From the NCBI GenBank assembly GCA_030649135.1, contig JAUSGI010000008.1, positions 128,001-192,000 of the forward strand: a stretch of DNA of 64,000 bases, written 5' to 3'. How positions within the stretch are numbered: the stretch's first letter is position 1; every line of letters starts with the position of its first letter. Positions 9,842 to 19,291 of the stretch are shown here, piece by piece. The translations under genes were made by a program, and so were the position numbers. This stretch comes from a bacterium. GTDB taxonomy: Bacteria > Patescibacteriota > Minisyncoccia > Phycocordibacterales > Zambryskibacteraceae. The notes under the pieces were generated by a model that ran no database searches, was not told the origin of the DNA, and worked only from the letters and a program-made list of their open reading frames with translations.

Positions 9842-12553
9842 ATGGAAACCAAGTGGCATACACTAGAGCTTTCGGAAATATTTGAGATATTGAAGTCTAG
9901 TGAGCACGGACTCTCAAGCGTAGAGGCGGATCGGCGGCTTGACGAGAACGGACCGAATAAATTACCGGATTCGAAAGCAGATAGCATCGCGTTTATTTTC
10001 CTGCGCCAATTTCGAAGTCCCTTGATTTATATCCTCCTCGCGGCCGCCCTGACGGTTTTTGTCATGGGGGAAACAGTCAACAGTATCGTTATTATGGCGG
10101 TGCTTATTGTTAATGCAGTTATCGGCTCCATCCAGGAGGGACGGGCCCGCAGTACCATACTTGCCCTGAAGCAATTCGTGGAGACAAAAGCGGTTATTCT
10201 GCGAGACGGCAAAGAAGTGATTGCCCCCGATACGCAAGTAGTAGTCGGGGATATCATCTTACTCCAAGAGGGCGACAGAATAGCCGCCGATGCAAGGTTG
10301 ATAGTCGCCCGGAATCTAAAAATCGACGAATCCTCTTTGACCGGAGAGTCCGAGGCGGTGCACAAGACAAGTGACACTCTGGTCAAGCCAGACTTGGCGA
10401 TGATAGGGGAAAGCAATATGGTCTTCAAAGGCACCCACATTGTCCTGGGCAATGGCAAAGCAGTTGTGGTAAAAACCGGAGTGGAAACAGTCATCGGTAA
10501 AATTGCCAAAGAGGTTCTAACTATCGAGACAGAAATTCCACTTCAGACCAATATCCGTTATCTCTCCAGAATAATTATCGCAATTGCTATTGGCGTCAGC
10601 ACCGCCATCTTTATCCTTGGCAGCTTTTCCGGTCAATCTACACGAGAAATGTTTTCTCTTGTCGTTTCCATGCTCGTCTCCGTCATACCGGAAGACTTGC
10701 CTATTGCCATCACTATAATTTTAGCCGCCGGCGTCTGGAGAATGAGTAAGAGAAATGCTCTGGTCAAGCGCCTGCAGGCGGTCGAGGCGCTTGGAGAAGC
10801 CCGAGTCATCGCGGTAGATAAGACCGGCACTATTACCAAAAACGAGATGATGGTCCAGACTATCTATGTGGATGGTAAAACTTTCGAGGTCGGAGGCATC
10901 GGGTATGAACCTAAGGGAGATATCAAACTGGAAAATCGGATTATAGACCCGCCCAATCATCCGGAACTTTTGCTAGTCGGCAAAATGGCCGCTTTTTGCG
11001 CCAATGCTCGGGTCATGTTTCTGGAAAAGACCAAGGAGTGGAAAATCTCCGGCGATCCGACGGAAGCGGCCATGTTGGTAGTGGCAGAAAAACTTGGATT
11101 TAATAAAGATGATTTGGAACGTGAGTCCCCGCTCATATCGGAAATTCCTTTCGACTATAAATTGAAATATCACGTGACCGTTCACAAAGACAATAACCAA
11201 AACTTTACAACAATCGTGGGGGCGCCGGAAACTATCTTGGGAATCTCGAGCAAAGTCTGGCGTAACGGGCAGGCAGAGCAACTCTTACCGGAGGAGAAAG
11301 ATGAATTGGTATCCATTTTTTCCGGTATTTCGAAGAGGGGGCTTAGAGTTATCGCGCTTGCCTTAAGCCCACAGGTGTCAGAAAATGTTAATCAAACAGA
11401 TATTAAACATCTCACTTTTGTCGGGTTCTTGGGCCTAAAGGATGCCTTACGTCTGGAAGTTAAGGAAGCCACCAAACGCGCGATCTCGGCCGGCATCAGG
11501 GTGGTGATGATTACCGGTGACCACCAAAATACTGCGGAAACCATAGCGAAAGAAGCCGGTATCTACAGGACCGGTGATATCAGTTTGACGGGCGCAGAAA
11601 TTGATAATCTGTCGGATACCATGCTTAAAGAGCGCCTGACCAAAACTTCTGTCTTTGCCAGAGTAACGCCGGAGCACAAGCTCCGCATTATCAATGCCTA
11701 CAAATCGAGAGGAGAGATTGTCGCGATGACGGGTGACGGAGTAAACGACGCGCCGTCTCTAGTGGCGGCAGACCTCGGAGTGGCGATGGGCAGAGTCGGC
11801 ACCGAGGTGGCCAAAGAAGCTTCCGATATCATACTCTTGGACGATAACTTCGGCAGTATCATTTCCGCCATTGAGGAGGGCAGGAGTATTTATAAAACTA
11901 TTAAAAAAGTTGTTCTATATCTATTATCCACCAGTCTCGGAGAGATTTTTGTTATTGCCGGAGCCATCATCGTTGGGCTCCCCCTACCGCTTTTGCCAAC
12001 ACAAATTATCTGGCTGAACTTCGTCACTGACGGATTTTTCACCTTGGCGCTCGCCATGGAACCGAGGGAGGAGGGACTATTGCGCGGCAATTTTGAGAAG
12101 CCGAAAAAATATTTGGTTGATGCCCTCATGGGACGGCGGATGATTGTCATGGCGCTCCCGATGACGATAGCGACGCTCGTGCTGTTTCAAAATTACTTCA
12201 ATACTGACTTGGCAAAAGCCTGGACAATTTCCCTCACCCTCCTGGCAGTATTCCAATGGTTCAATGCTTGGAATTGCCGCTCCGAGAGCGAGTCTATCTT
12301 CCAGACTAACCCCTTTGAAAATAAGTTCATGGTATTTGCCACCTTGGCGGCCTTTTCCTTCCAGTTGCTGGCTGTTTATAATCCCCTGTTCCAAAAATTC
12401 TTACATACTGCGCCGCTTGCGCTTTCCGACTGGTTGGTTATCATTGCCCTTGCTACTTCTATTGTCTTGGTGGAAGAAGTTAGAAAATTTTTATGGCGCA
12501 ACAAAAAGTCCTCGTTATCCTTGGCCCTACCGCTTCAGGCAAGTCAGATTTAG
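9842..12553 (+). CDS. cation-transporting P-type ATPase (P2, Ca2+/Mg2+-type)
   Basis: Phosphorylation motif DKTGTITKNEM, TGDGVNDAPSL, TGES and ten TM segments. Confidence 0.93.
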   Translation: METKWHTLELSEIFEILKSSEHGLSSVEADRRLDENGPNKLPDSKADSIAFIFLRQFRSPLIYILLAAALTVFVMGETVNSIVIMAVLIVNAVIGSIQEGRARSTILALKQFVETKAVILRDGKEVIAPDTQVVVGDIILLQEGDRIAADARLIVARNLKIDESSLTGESEAVHKTSDTLVKPDLAMIGESNMVFKGTHIVLGNGKAVVVKTGVETVIGKIAKEVLTIETEIPLQTNIRYLSRIIIAIAIGVSTAIFILGSFSGQSTREMFSLVVSMLVSVIPEDLPIAITIILAAGVWRMSKRNALVKRLQAVEALGEARVIAVDKTGTITKNEMMVQTIYVDGKTFEVGGIGYEPKGDIKLENRIIDPPNHPELLLVGKMAAFCANARVMFLEKTKEWKISGDPTEAAMLVVAEKLGFNKDDLERESPLISEIPFDYKLKYHVTVHKDNNQNFTTIVGAPETILGISSKVWRNGQAEQLLPEEKDELVSIFSGISKRGLRVIALALSPQVSENVNQTDIKHLTFVGFLGLKDALRLEVKEATKRAISAGIRVVMITGDHQNTAETIAKEAGIYRTGDISLTGAEIDNLSDTMLKERLTKTSVFARVTPEHKLRIINAYKSRGEIVAMTGDGVNDAPSLVAADLGVAMGRVGTEVAKEASDIILLDDNFGSIISAIEEGRSIYKTIKKVVLYLLSTSLGEIFVIAGAIIVGLPLPLLPTQIIWLNFVTDGFFTLALAMEPREEGLLRGNFEKPKKYLVDALMGRRMIVMALPMTIATLVLFQNYFNTDLAKAWTISLTLLAVFQWFNAWNCRSESESIFQTNPFENKFMVFATLAAFSFQLLAVYNPLFQKFLHTAPLALSDWLVIIALATSIVLVEEVRKFLWRNKKSSLSLALPLQASQI

Positions 12554-13383
12554 CCGTTCGATTAGCCAAGAGATTCGGGGGAGAAATAATCTCTGCCGAT
12601 TCGCGACAAGTATATAAGGGTCTTGATATCGGCACCGGCAAGATTACCAAGCAGGAAATGCGGGGAGTCCCCCATCATCTGCTGGATGTGGTAAATCCTC
12701 GAAAACAATTCTCGGCATCGAAATACAAAAAACTAGCTGATGAAAAAGTACGATATATCGCACAAAAGCATAAGTTACCCATTGTGGTAGGAGGGACGGG
12801 GTTTTATATTGATGCCTTGACAGGCAGAGCTAATTTTCCGGAGGTGGGACCCAATCTTCTATTACGCAAGAAGCTGGAGAAAAAAACTGCGTCTGAACTT
12901 TTCCGAATGTTAAATAAAAAGGACCCCCGGAGAGCTGGAGCAATTGATTTGAGAAATAAAGTACGTGTGATACGGGCATTGGAAATTGTCGAGGCTCTGG
13001 GCAAGGTGCCCCAAGCTAGCCCCAAGCCCCTAGAACCTAGCCCCTTTATCTACATCGGCCTCAAACCGGATAATCTTGACGGGAGAATTCATAAGAGACT
13101 AATAGAGAGGCTTGATGGGATGATTCGCGAGGGCAAAAAACTCCACACTCAAGGACTCACCTACAAGCGCATGCACCAGCTCGGGCTGGAATATAGATAT
13201 GTTGGTATGTACCTACAAGGCAAGCTCTCACGGGAAGAAATGGTTGATAAGTTATATATTGAAATAAAACGTTACGCCAAGCGCCAAATGACTTGGTTCA
13301 AACGCAATAAAAAGATTAGGTGGTTTAAACCGGAGGAATACAAAAAGATAGAAAGATTAGTAAATGTTCAGCTAAACACCTAA
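12493..13383 (+). CDS. miaA: tRNA dimethylallyltransferase
   Basis: P-loop GPTASGKS at the N-terminus and an IPP-transferase fold. Overlaps the ATPase 3' end by 61 nt. Confidence 0.9.
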   Translation: MAQQKVLVILGPTASGKSDLAVRLAKRFGGEIISADSRQVYKGLDIGTGKITKQEMRGVPHHLLDVVNPRKQFSASKYKKLADEKVRYIAQKHKLPIVVGGTGFYIDALTGRANFPEVGPNLLLRKKLEKKTASELFRMLNKKDPRRAGAIDLRNKVRVIRALEIVEALGKVPQASPKPLEPSPFIYIGLKPDNLDGRIHKRLIERLDGMIREGKKLHTQGLTYKRMHQLGLEYRYVGMYLQGKLSREEMVDKLYIEIKRYAKRQMTWFKRNKKIRWFKPEEYKKIERLVNVQLNT

Positions 13384-13776
13384 AAACTTTCGAATTTCAG
13401 CTATGGCTAGCATGTCATGGTCAATCATCTGGAGATTTCCTAAATCATCAAACTTCCGCCAACTCTTGCCTTGACCCTCATGCTGTATAAGCGGCTGTGA
13501 AGAATCGTATTCCTCAACAAAAACGTACTTGATATTTTCATCTTCCTTCCAATTAAATTTCTGAACTAACACCCGAACTGGCTTAGATACTTTATATTCT
13601 AGTTCTTCAAAAATTTCTCGCTCTAAAGCCGCCTCTGGAGTTTCCCCTTTCTCTATCCCTCCCCCAAAGAAACCCCAGTAGTTAGGAAGTCTTTTCGCAT
13701 CCTCGTCTCTATGTTGAAGAAGGATTTCCTTATCCTTATTGTATAAGGCCAATACTGAAATATTTCTTACTGCCAT
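13372..13776 (-). CDS. Nudix hydrolase
   Basis: Nudix box GGGIEKGETPEAALEREIFEELEY. Confidence 0.8.
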   Translation of the reverse strand: MAVRNISVLALYNKDKEILLQHRDEDAKRLPNYWGFFGGGIEKGETPEAALEREIFEELEYKVSKPVRVLVQKFNWKEDENIKYVFVEEYDSSQPLIQHEGQGKSWRKFDDLGNLQMIDHDMLAIAEIRKFLGV

Positions 13777-13779
13777 ATG

Positions 13780-13850
13780 CGGGCGATCGAGGAATCGAAC
13801 CTCGGATAGCAGATTTGGAGGCCGCAGTTATACCACTTAACTAATCGCCC
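13780..13850 (-). tRNA. tRNA-Trp (anticodon CCA)
   Basis: Hand-folded on the minus strand: GGGCGAT-TA-GTTA-AGTGGTA-TAAC-T-GCGGC-CTCCAAA-TCTGC-TATC-CGAGG-TTCGATT-CCTCG-ATCGCCC-G. There is one mismatch at 31:39. Confidence 0.8.
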
Positions 13851-13873
13851 TTCGAGGGCTATATTAGCACAGA

Positions 13874-14047
13874 CTAAGCTTTCTTCTCCTTATAAACCGT
13901 GTGTTTGCGGACGATGGGGTTATATTTTTTAAACTCGAGTTTACGCTCTACGGATTTGCGATTTTTGCGAGAATAATAGGTGTGGCCTTTGCCGGCACCC
14001 TTTTCGTCCCCTACCGAGACTAGCTTGATGAGATGATTCTGCGACAT
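13874..14047 (-). CDS. rpmG: 50S ribosomal protein L33
   Basis: 57 aa product MSQNHLIKLVSVGDEKGAGKGHTYYSRKNRKSVERKLEFKKYNPIVRKHTVYKEKKA. Below the 60 aa track cutoff, found by hand. Confidence 0.8.
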   Translation of the reverse strand: MSQNHLIKLVSVGDEKGAGKGHTYYSRKNRKSVERKLEFKKYNPIVRKHTVYKEKKA

Positions 14048-14230
14048 ACTAGACGGCTATTCGGCAATATAAACCTCTGACCCTTCTTTGGCTGGTTGAC
14101 AGCCACAGAAAGCTTGTCGTACCAGTGCATCACCTTGCCAATCGGATTGTCTTTTGACATGACAATATATGTTACACCATTTATTAGATTTTGCAACTGT
14201 CTATAGTGACGATTATGGTATACTTGTAGA

Positions 14231-14515
14231 ATGCTTACTCCTCAATATTTTGTTCGTGGTTTGACACTGGGTATCGGACTAATCTATCTGATCATTGGGA
14301 TAGCGAGTTTGCCGTTTACTCTTATGGCAGTAGATCCCTCGCCGGATGGTTGGCCGGCTTTTCGTCCGTCAGTTCATCCAATAATACTAGTGCTATTCAC
14401 ATTGTCATTTATTTCAGCTTCAATAATCTTAATCAGACCGAGTTCCCCATCTAGACTTCGTCGGATATCTTTCTATCTCCCGTTAATAATTACTATCCTG
14501 ATGTTATGGAAATAA
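14231..14515 (+). CDS. hypothetical small membrane protein
   Basis: Track ORF with a hydrophobic product. No RBS seen. Confidence 0.3.
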   Translation: MLTPQYFVRGLTLGIGLIYLIIGIASLPFTLMAVDPSPDGWPAFRPSVHPIILVLFTLSFISASIILIRPSSPSRLRRISFYLPLIITILMLWK

Positions 14516-14684
14516 CTTTGGACCAGCTAGCTTGCCTTAGGCAGATTTTTTAATTAACTTAAAAACAAAAGACGCCCACCCCGCCTCCAGCACGATGCTG
14601 AGGGGAAATGAACGAAATCAATATAAAAGTAATTAGTGTGCCTGGCCGGGGTCTCTCGCGACTCTTCCAGATTCGTCCCTTTAA

Positions 14685-15104
14685 CTATGCCTCCGGAGTC
14701 TTGATTGGTACTGGTAAGCCAAACTTTCTGTGATAGTCGAGGTCTTCAGCTTCGTAATCGAAAGTTAACTCTTCTCCTTCCGGAATATCATGGGCGGCAA
14801 TATCAGAATAAATTCCATTTTCTAGAGAACCATTTGTAATGTTTGGTTCTTTCGAGTGATTGACAAATCGAGCATCATCAAAACATAGAATGTAAATGTC
14901 TGGCTTTTCTTTATCAATATAAGAATAGTTTAGAATTTGCTCGCGACTATATTCAGAGAGGGCAACTAGATCTTCTTTCTTCAACTCTAAATCAAGGCCT
15001 GGAGTAAACTTCCAAGTAGGCGTGCCCTTTTTGACGAACTCCGCAGCAAATAATCCAATACCGTTAATTTTACTTGGACCAATTCTTGTTTTAACGAGTA
15101 GCAT
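14685..15104 (-). CDS. SET-domain protein (lysine methyltransferase-like)
   Basis: SET motifs GLFAAEFVKKGT, ARFVNHSKEPN and EELTFDY. The start is moved to MLLVK because the track ORF N-terminus (15105..15209) overlaps tRNA-Tyr. Confidence 0.75.
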   Translation of the reverse strand: MLLVKTRIGPSKINGIGLFAAEFVKKGTPTWKFTPGLDLELKKEDLVALSEYSREQILNYSYIDKEKPDIYILCFDDARFVNHSKEPNITNGSLENGIYSDIAAHDIPEGEELTFDYEAEDLDYHRKFGLPVPIKTPEA

Positions 15105-15120
15105 ATAACATATTTTATAC

Positions 15121-15207
15121 TGGTGCGCCGGGCAGGATTCGAACCTGCGTAGACCAAAGGTCGAGGGATTTACAGTCCCTTGCGATTGACCGCTCCGCCA
15201 CCGACGC
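15121..15207 (-). tRNA. tRNA-Tyr (anticodon GTA), long variable arm, CCA encoded
   Basis: Hand-folded. Acceptor GCGTCGG/CCGGCGC, anticodon stem AGGGA/TCCCT, anticodon loop CTGTAAA, variable hairpin GACCTTTGGTC, T-arm GCAGG-TTCGAAT-CCTGC, then A-CCA. Confidence 0.85.
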
Positions 15208-15215
15208 AATAACCA

Positions 15216-15455
15216 TCAATTTATCAGTTTTTTCAAACCATTGCCACCTTTGTAAGATTTGATCTTCTTTTCTCTCTCAAAAGCTTCTTGTTGTCCCTCG
15301 AACAATTCCAAATGGACTATTTCCCACGGACAGCCAAGTTTTGTAGATAAATTTTGACCTTTATTATGTTCCTTCAGCCTCCTTTTATAATTATTTGAGC
15401 ACCCTATATAATATTTTCTATTCTTTTTGCTCTGAAGAATATATACATGCCACAT
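15216..15455 (-). CDS. GIY-YIG nuclease-superfamily protein (UPF0213-like, 79 aa)
   Basis: MWHVYILQSKKNRKYYIGCSNNYKRRLKEHN, the classic GIY...YIG module. Confidence 0.8.
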   Translation of the reverse strand: MWHVYILQSKKNRKYYIGCSNNYKRRLKEHNKGQNLSTKLGCPWEIVHLELFEGQQEAFEREKKIKSYKGGNGLKKLIN

Positions 15456-15467
15456 GTCCGTGCGATT

Positions 15468-15527
15468 GATTCCGCCCCGCCTCGGCGGGGCAAGCTCCGC
15501 CTTTACCCCGCTGTGGCGGGGACCGAC
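15468..15527. repeat. two GC-rich hairpins of the CCCCGCC-N3-GGCGGGG family
   Basis: CCGCCCCGCCtcgGCGGGGCAAGC and ACCCCGCtgtgGCGGGG. A related copy, CACCCCGCCatgGCGGGG...GGGGCAAGC, lies at 22350-22392. Confidence 0.5.
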
Positions 15528-15575
15528 ACGATGGGGCTATTCTAATCGAAATCTGACGGACTTGCAAAAATACTT

Positions 15576-18251
15576 CTATTTCAGCGCAGGTTCTCTGCTT
15601 GATACAACTGTACTCACATGACCCGAGCGTTTGCTCCTCTTAATATCGAAAGTAAATTGGCCATCTTTCACATCAACCGAAACCGTACCACCGGAAAGCA
15701 CTTTATTGGATATCATCATGGAAGCCACCGGGTTCAGAATTTTTTCCTGAATCAGACGCTTCAGGGGTCTTGCTCCGTACTGTGGATTATAACCTTCTGC
15801 GGCCAAGAGTTCCGACACCGACTCCATGACCGAAAGGTTGATTTCCTTTTCTGCGAGACGCTTCTTAATGATATCGATTTGGATATTAACAATTTCTTTG
15901 ATTGCCTCCTTGGAGAGTATGTCGAAGATAATAATATCGTCAAGACGGTTGAGAAATTCCGGTCGGAAATGCTCTTTGAGGGTCGAGAGCACTTTCTCTT
16001 TAACACCCTCGTAAGTTTCCTTCTCGCCACTGTTGAAGCCGATGGATTGCATCTTGTCTATGTATTGGGCACCAATGTTTGAGGTCATGATGATGACCGT
16101 GTTTTTGAAATTAATAACCCTACCCTTGGCATCGGTCAGACGACCATTATCGAGGATTTGCAATAAAATGTTAAACACCTCCGGATGCGCCTTCTCAATC
16201 TCATCGAAAAGGATGACCGAATATGGCCTGTGTCGCACAGACTCGGCAAAACTGGAACCTTCTTCGAAGCCGACGTATCCCGGTGGCGCGCCAATCAGTT
16301 TGGAGACGGAATGCTTTTCCATAAACTCCGACATATCTACGCGGATGAGTGCCCGTTCATCGTCAAACATAAATTCCGCCAAGGCCTTAGTCAGCTCGGT
16401 CTTACCCACCCCAGTCGGACCAAGAAAGATGAAAGAACCGATAGGACGATTGGGGTCGGAGATACCGGCGCGCGAACGCTTGACGGTGTCAGCAATCTTT
16501 TTGACTGCCTCGCCTTGACCGACAATACGCTTCTTGAGGAATTCTTCCATTCGGGAAAGTTTGGCCGCTTCTTCTTCAAGCATTCTGGAAACCGGGATAC
16601 CGGTCCACCGACTGACTACCAGCGCGATATCGGGTGCGGTAATTTCTTCTTTCAGAATGCTCCTGGAACTTTGAAGTTTTTTCAGACGCTTGGCTTTGGC
16701 TTCTAATTCTTTCTCCAGACCCGGTATCTGGCCGTATCGAAGTTCCGCCGCGCGGGAAAGGTCGGCGCGTGCCTCCGCCGCTTCGGCCTCAAGTCGCAGA
16801 GTTCCCAGAGTTTTTTTAATCTCCTTGATTTCCCCTACCGTTTCTTTCTCATTTTTCCACTTCAACTCTATCTCCGAAGTCTTCTCGCGCAAATCGGCAA
16901 TATCTTTGTCAATAACTTTCAGTCGTGCTTTCACTTTAGGGTTCCCGGACTCTTTCTTAAGTGCTTCCTTCTCGATATCTAACTTCATAATCTTGGAGTG
17001 GGCATCCTGAAGCACCGGCGGCATATTCTCGAGAGAAATTTTGAGAAACGAAGATGCCTCGTCTATAAGGTCTACCGCTTTATCCGGCAAAAACCTGTCA
17101 GTGATATAACGCGAAGAGAGATTAACGGCTGCTTGGATAGAATCATCGGTAATACGCACCCCATGATAGAGTTCGTACCTTTCTTTCAATCCACGCAAGA
17201 TGGTCACGGCATCATCGATAGAAGGTTCCTGAACATAAACGGGCTGGAAACGGCGGGTCAAAGCCGGGTCTTTCTCGATATGTTTCTGATATTCACGCAG
17301 AGTTGTGGCACCAATAGCCCGTAGTTCCCCTCGAGCGAGTGAAGGTTTGAGCATATTGGAGGCATCCATAGCCCCTTCCGCGGCACCGGCGCCGACGATG
17401 GTATGAATTTCATCTATAAACAGAACAATTTTGCCTTCCGATTTTTCGATTTCTTTAATGATATTTTTGAGCCGCTCTTCAAATTCGCCGCGGTACTTGG
17501 TGCCGGCAATCAAGAGTCCGATATCGAGAGACACCAATTCCTTATCCCGCAGAGATTCCGGGACGTTGCCGCTTGCCATGCGTAGTGCCAGTCCTTCGGC
17601 AATGGCAGTCTTACCGACGCCCGCTTCACCGATGAGAATCGGATTATTTTTGGTACGGCGGGAAAGAATTTGGATAATGCGCGAGATTTCATCATCGCGA
17701 CCAATAACCGGGTCGAGTTTATTTGCCTTGGCAAGCATGGTTAGGGAACGGGTGTATTTGGAAAGAGATTTATATTTCTTCGATTCTTTCGGCTCGGTGG
17801 GGCTGGTCTTTTTCAGTTCCTCAAGCACCTTTAGAATTGTTTGTCTGTCGATTTTAAATTTTAAAAGAAGTTCACGCGCTTCTCCCGGAACATCGAGTAC
17901 CGCGATAAATAGATGCTCGGTGGAAACAAATTCATCTCCCAGAGATTGGGCCACCTTGTTACTCGACTCGATAGTATGAGCCAGTTCCGGGGTGAGATAA
18001 ATCTGGTAGGAGGGCGAGATGGTCTGACTAGTCTCGGAATTTTCTATGGTATCGAGCACCGAATCGGTCAGGAGAATGGTATCGACATCCATCTTGTCCA
18101 AAATAGAAATGGCCATGCTCTCCTCCTGTAGCAAAAGAGCAGCCAAAAGATGCATGGGGTTGACGTGATTCTGGCCACGCTCAATAGCCAGCTCATGGGC
18201 CTTCCTTATAACCTCTTTTGCCTTAGTGGTGAAGTGGGCAAATGGCTGCAT
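15576..18251 (-). CDS. clpB: ATP-dependent chaperone ClpB
   Basis: N-terminal domain, two AAA+ modules ([16 protein letters not shown]) and a middle coiled-coil domain, 891 aa. Confidence 0.93.
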   Translation of the reverse strand: MQPFAHFTTKAKEVIRKAHELAIERGQNHVNPMHLLAALLLQEESMAISILDKMDVDTILLTDSVLDTIENSETSQTISPSYQIYLTPELAHTIESSNKVAQSLGDEFVSTEHLFIAVLDVPGEARELLLKFKIDRQTILKVLEELKKTSPTEPKESKKYKSLSKYTRSLTMLAKANKLDPVIGRDDEISRIIQILSRRTKNNPILIGEAGVGKTAIAEGLALRMASGNVPESLRDKELVSLDIGLLIAGTKYRGEFEERLKNIIKEIEKSEGKIVLFIDEIHTIVGAGAAEGAMDASNMLKPSLARGELRAIGATTLREYQKHIEKDPALTRRFQPVYVQEPSIDDAVTILRGLKERYELYHGVRITDDSIQAAVNLSSRYITDRFLPDKAVDLIDEASSFLKISLENMPPVLQDAHSKIMKLDIEKEALKKESGNPKVKARLKVIDKDIADLREKTSEIELKWKNEKETVGEIKEIKKTLGTLRLEAEAAEARADLSRAAELRYGQIPGLEKELEAKAKRLKKLQSSRSILKEEITAPDIALVVSRWTGIPVSRMLEEEAAKLSRMEEFLKKRIVGQGEAVKKIADTVKRSRAGISDPNRPIGSFIFLGPTGVGKTELTKALAEFMFDDERALIRVDMSEFMEKHSVSKLIGAPPGYVGFEEGSSFAESVRHRPYSVILFDEIEKAHPEVFNILLQILDNGRLTDAKGRVINFKNTVIIMTSNIGAQYIDKMQSIGFNSGEKETYEGVKEKVLSTLKEHFRPEFLNRLDDIIIFDILSKEAIKEIVNIQIDIIKKRLAEKEINLSVMESVSELLAAEGYNPQYGARPLKRLIQEKILNPVASMMISNKVLSGGTVSVDVKDGQFTFDIKRSKRSGHVSTVVSSREPALK

Positions 18252-18256
18252 TGGCG

Positions 18257-19228
18257 CTATTTTACCACGGACGTGGCAATTCTACAAAATATTTTGGCGG
18301 CTCGCCTCACATCACTTGCGGTTGTGAAGCGGCCGAAAGAGAAACGCACCGGAGTATCGGGTGGTTCGGGCTTGTAAGAGTTACAGGCGGGACCGGCGGA
18401 GACCATGACACCCTGCCGATCGAGGGCAAGCACCAGATATTCAGGGAGAATGCCCGGCACGAAAACATGCACGATATTGGGCAGGCTCCGAGTGACAAGC
18501 GCCTGAGGCAGGGAACGCTCAATAGCTTCCACAAATCCGGCACTTAATGATTCCAGACGTATGCGCTCCGCTTCTCTATCGCGTACGGCAATCTCAAGCG
18601 CCTTAGCGAAACCTGCAATCAGCGGCACAGGAAGCGTTCCTTGAGGTGGTATAGCGAGTTTTACTCCTTTCCTTACGACCAAGGCGCCGATGCCTTTGGG
18701 CCCATAAAGCTTGGCTGAATCAAGCGTGAGGATATCACAGGCAAGAACTTCAAGCCCGACGGGGAAATAATTCGCAGTCTGCGAGGCATCAACATGAAGA
18801 AGCGGATATTCGGAATTGTTCTTTTTCCTTTCTTCGCGAATCGCGCGACCCCGTTTATTATCAGTCGTAATACTTGAGACAAGAGTAATCTCCGGACCGC
18901 CAATATCTTTTGCTGCTTCAAAGACAGACGGATGGCTCTCGGCATCAATGACAATCTGTCCCGGCTTTACACCACGAATTGCCAAGACATTGGACTCCGT
19001 CCCACCGGAGGTGAAGATGACCGACTCTTTTCCAACCCCCAGTATCTTCGCGATATTGGCGCGACAATATTCAACTGCTTCTTTGACTCTCTCGCCTTCT
19101 TCGTATATCGCCGAAGAATTGTAGAAATCTTTAGACCAATATTGCTCCATCACACGTCTCACTTCCGGCAAGACCGGGGTAGCGGAAGCATAGTCAAGAA
19201 AAATCCTTTTTGGTTTAAACCAATTCAT
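18257..19228 (-). CDS. cysteine desulfurase / class V aminotransferase (short form)
   Basis: PLP-lysine context LDSAKLYGPKGIGAL and an active-site Cys in AGPACNS. Confidence 0.8.
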   Translation of the reverse strand: MNWFKPKRIFLDYASATPVLPEVRRVMEQYWSKDFYNSSAIYEEGERVKEAVEYCRANIAKILGVGKESVIFTSGGTESNVLAIRGVKPGQIVIDAESHPSVFEAAKDIGGPEITLVSSITTDNKRGRAIREERKKNNSEYPLLHVDASQTANYFPVGLEVLACDILTLDSAKLYGPKGIGALVVRKGVKLAIPPQGTLPVPLIAGFAKALEIAVRDREAERIRLESLSAGFVEAIERSLPQALVTRSLPNIVHVFVPGILPEYLVLALDRQGVMVSAGPACNSYKPEPPDTPVRFSFGRFTTASDVRRAAKIFCRIATSVVK

Positions 19229-19291
19229 CCCGCCATTCTATAGATACAAAGTGTTTTTGCAACATATTTGTGATAAGGTTATAACCTAATT

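Noticed and set aside
14516-14684. Possible SRP RNA, tmRNA or degenerate tRNA downstream of the SET gene (GGGACGAATCTGGAAG..., GTGTGCCTGGCCGGGG)
   Set aside because: Only short partial matches to tmRNA 5' or SRP helix 8 consensus. No tRNA-like 3' end or CCA was found. More likely a weak hairpin terminator.
15105-15209. N-terminal 35 codons of track ORF 14685..15209
   Set aside because: This is a translation of tRNA-Tyr. The SET domain begins after the Met at 15104.
15618-17979. Several 100-180 aa plus-strand ORFs inside clpB
   Set aside because: They are antisense to ClpB and have no homology.
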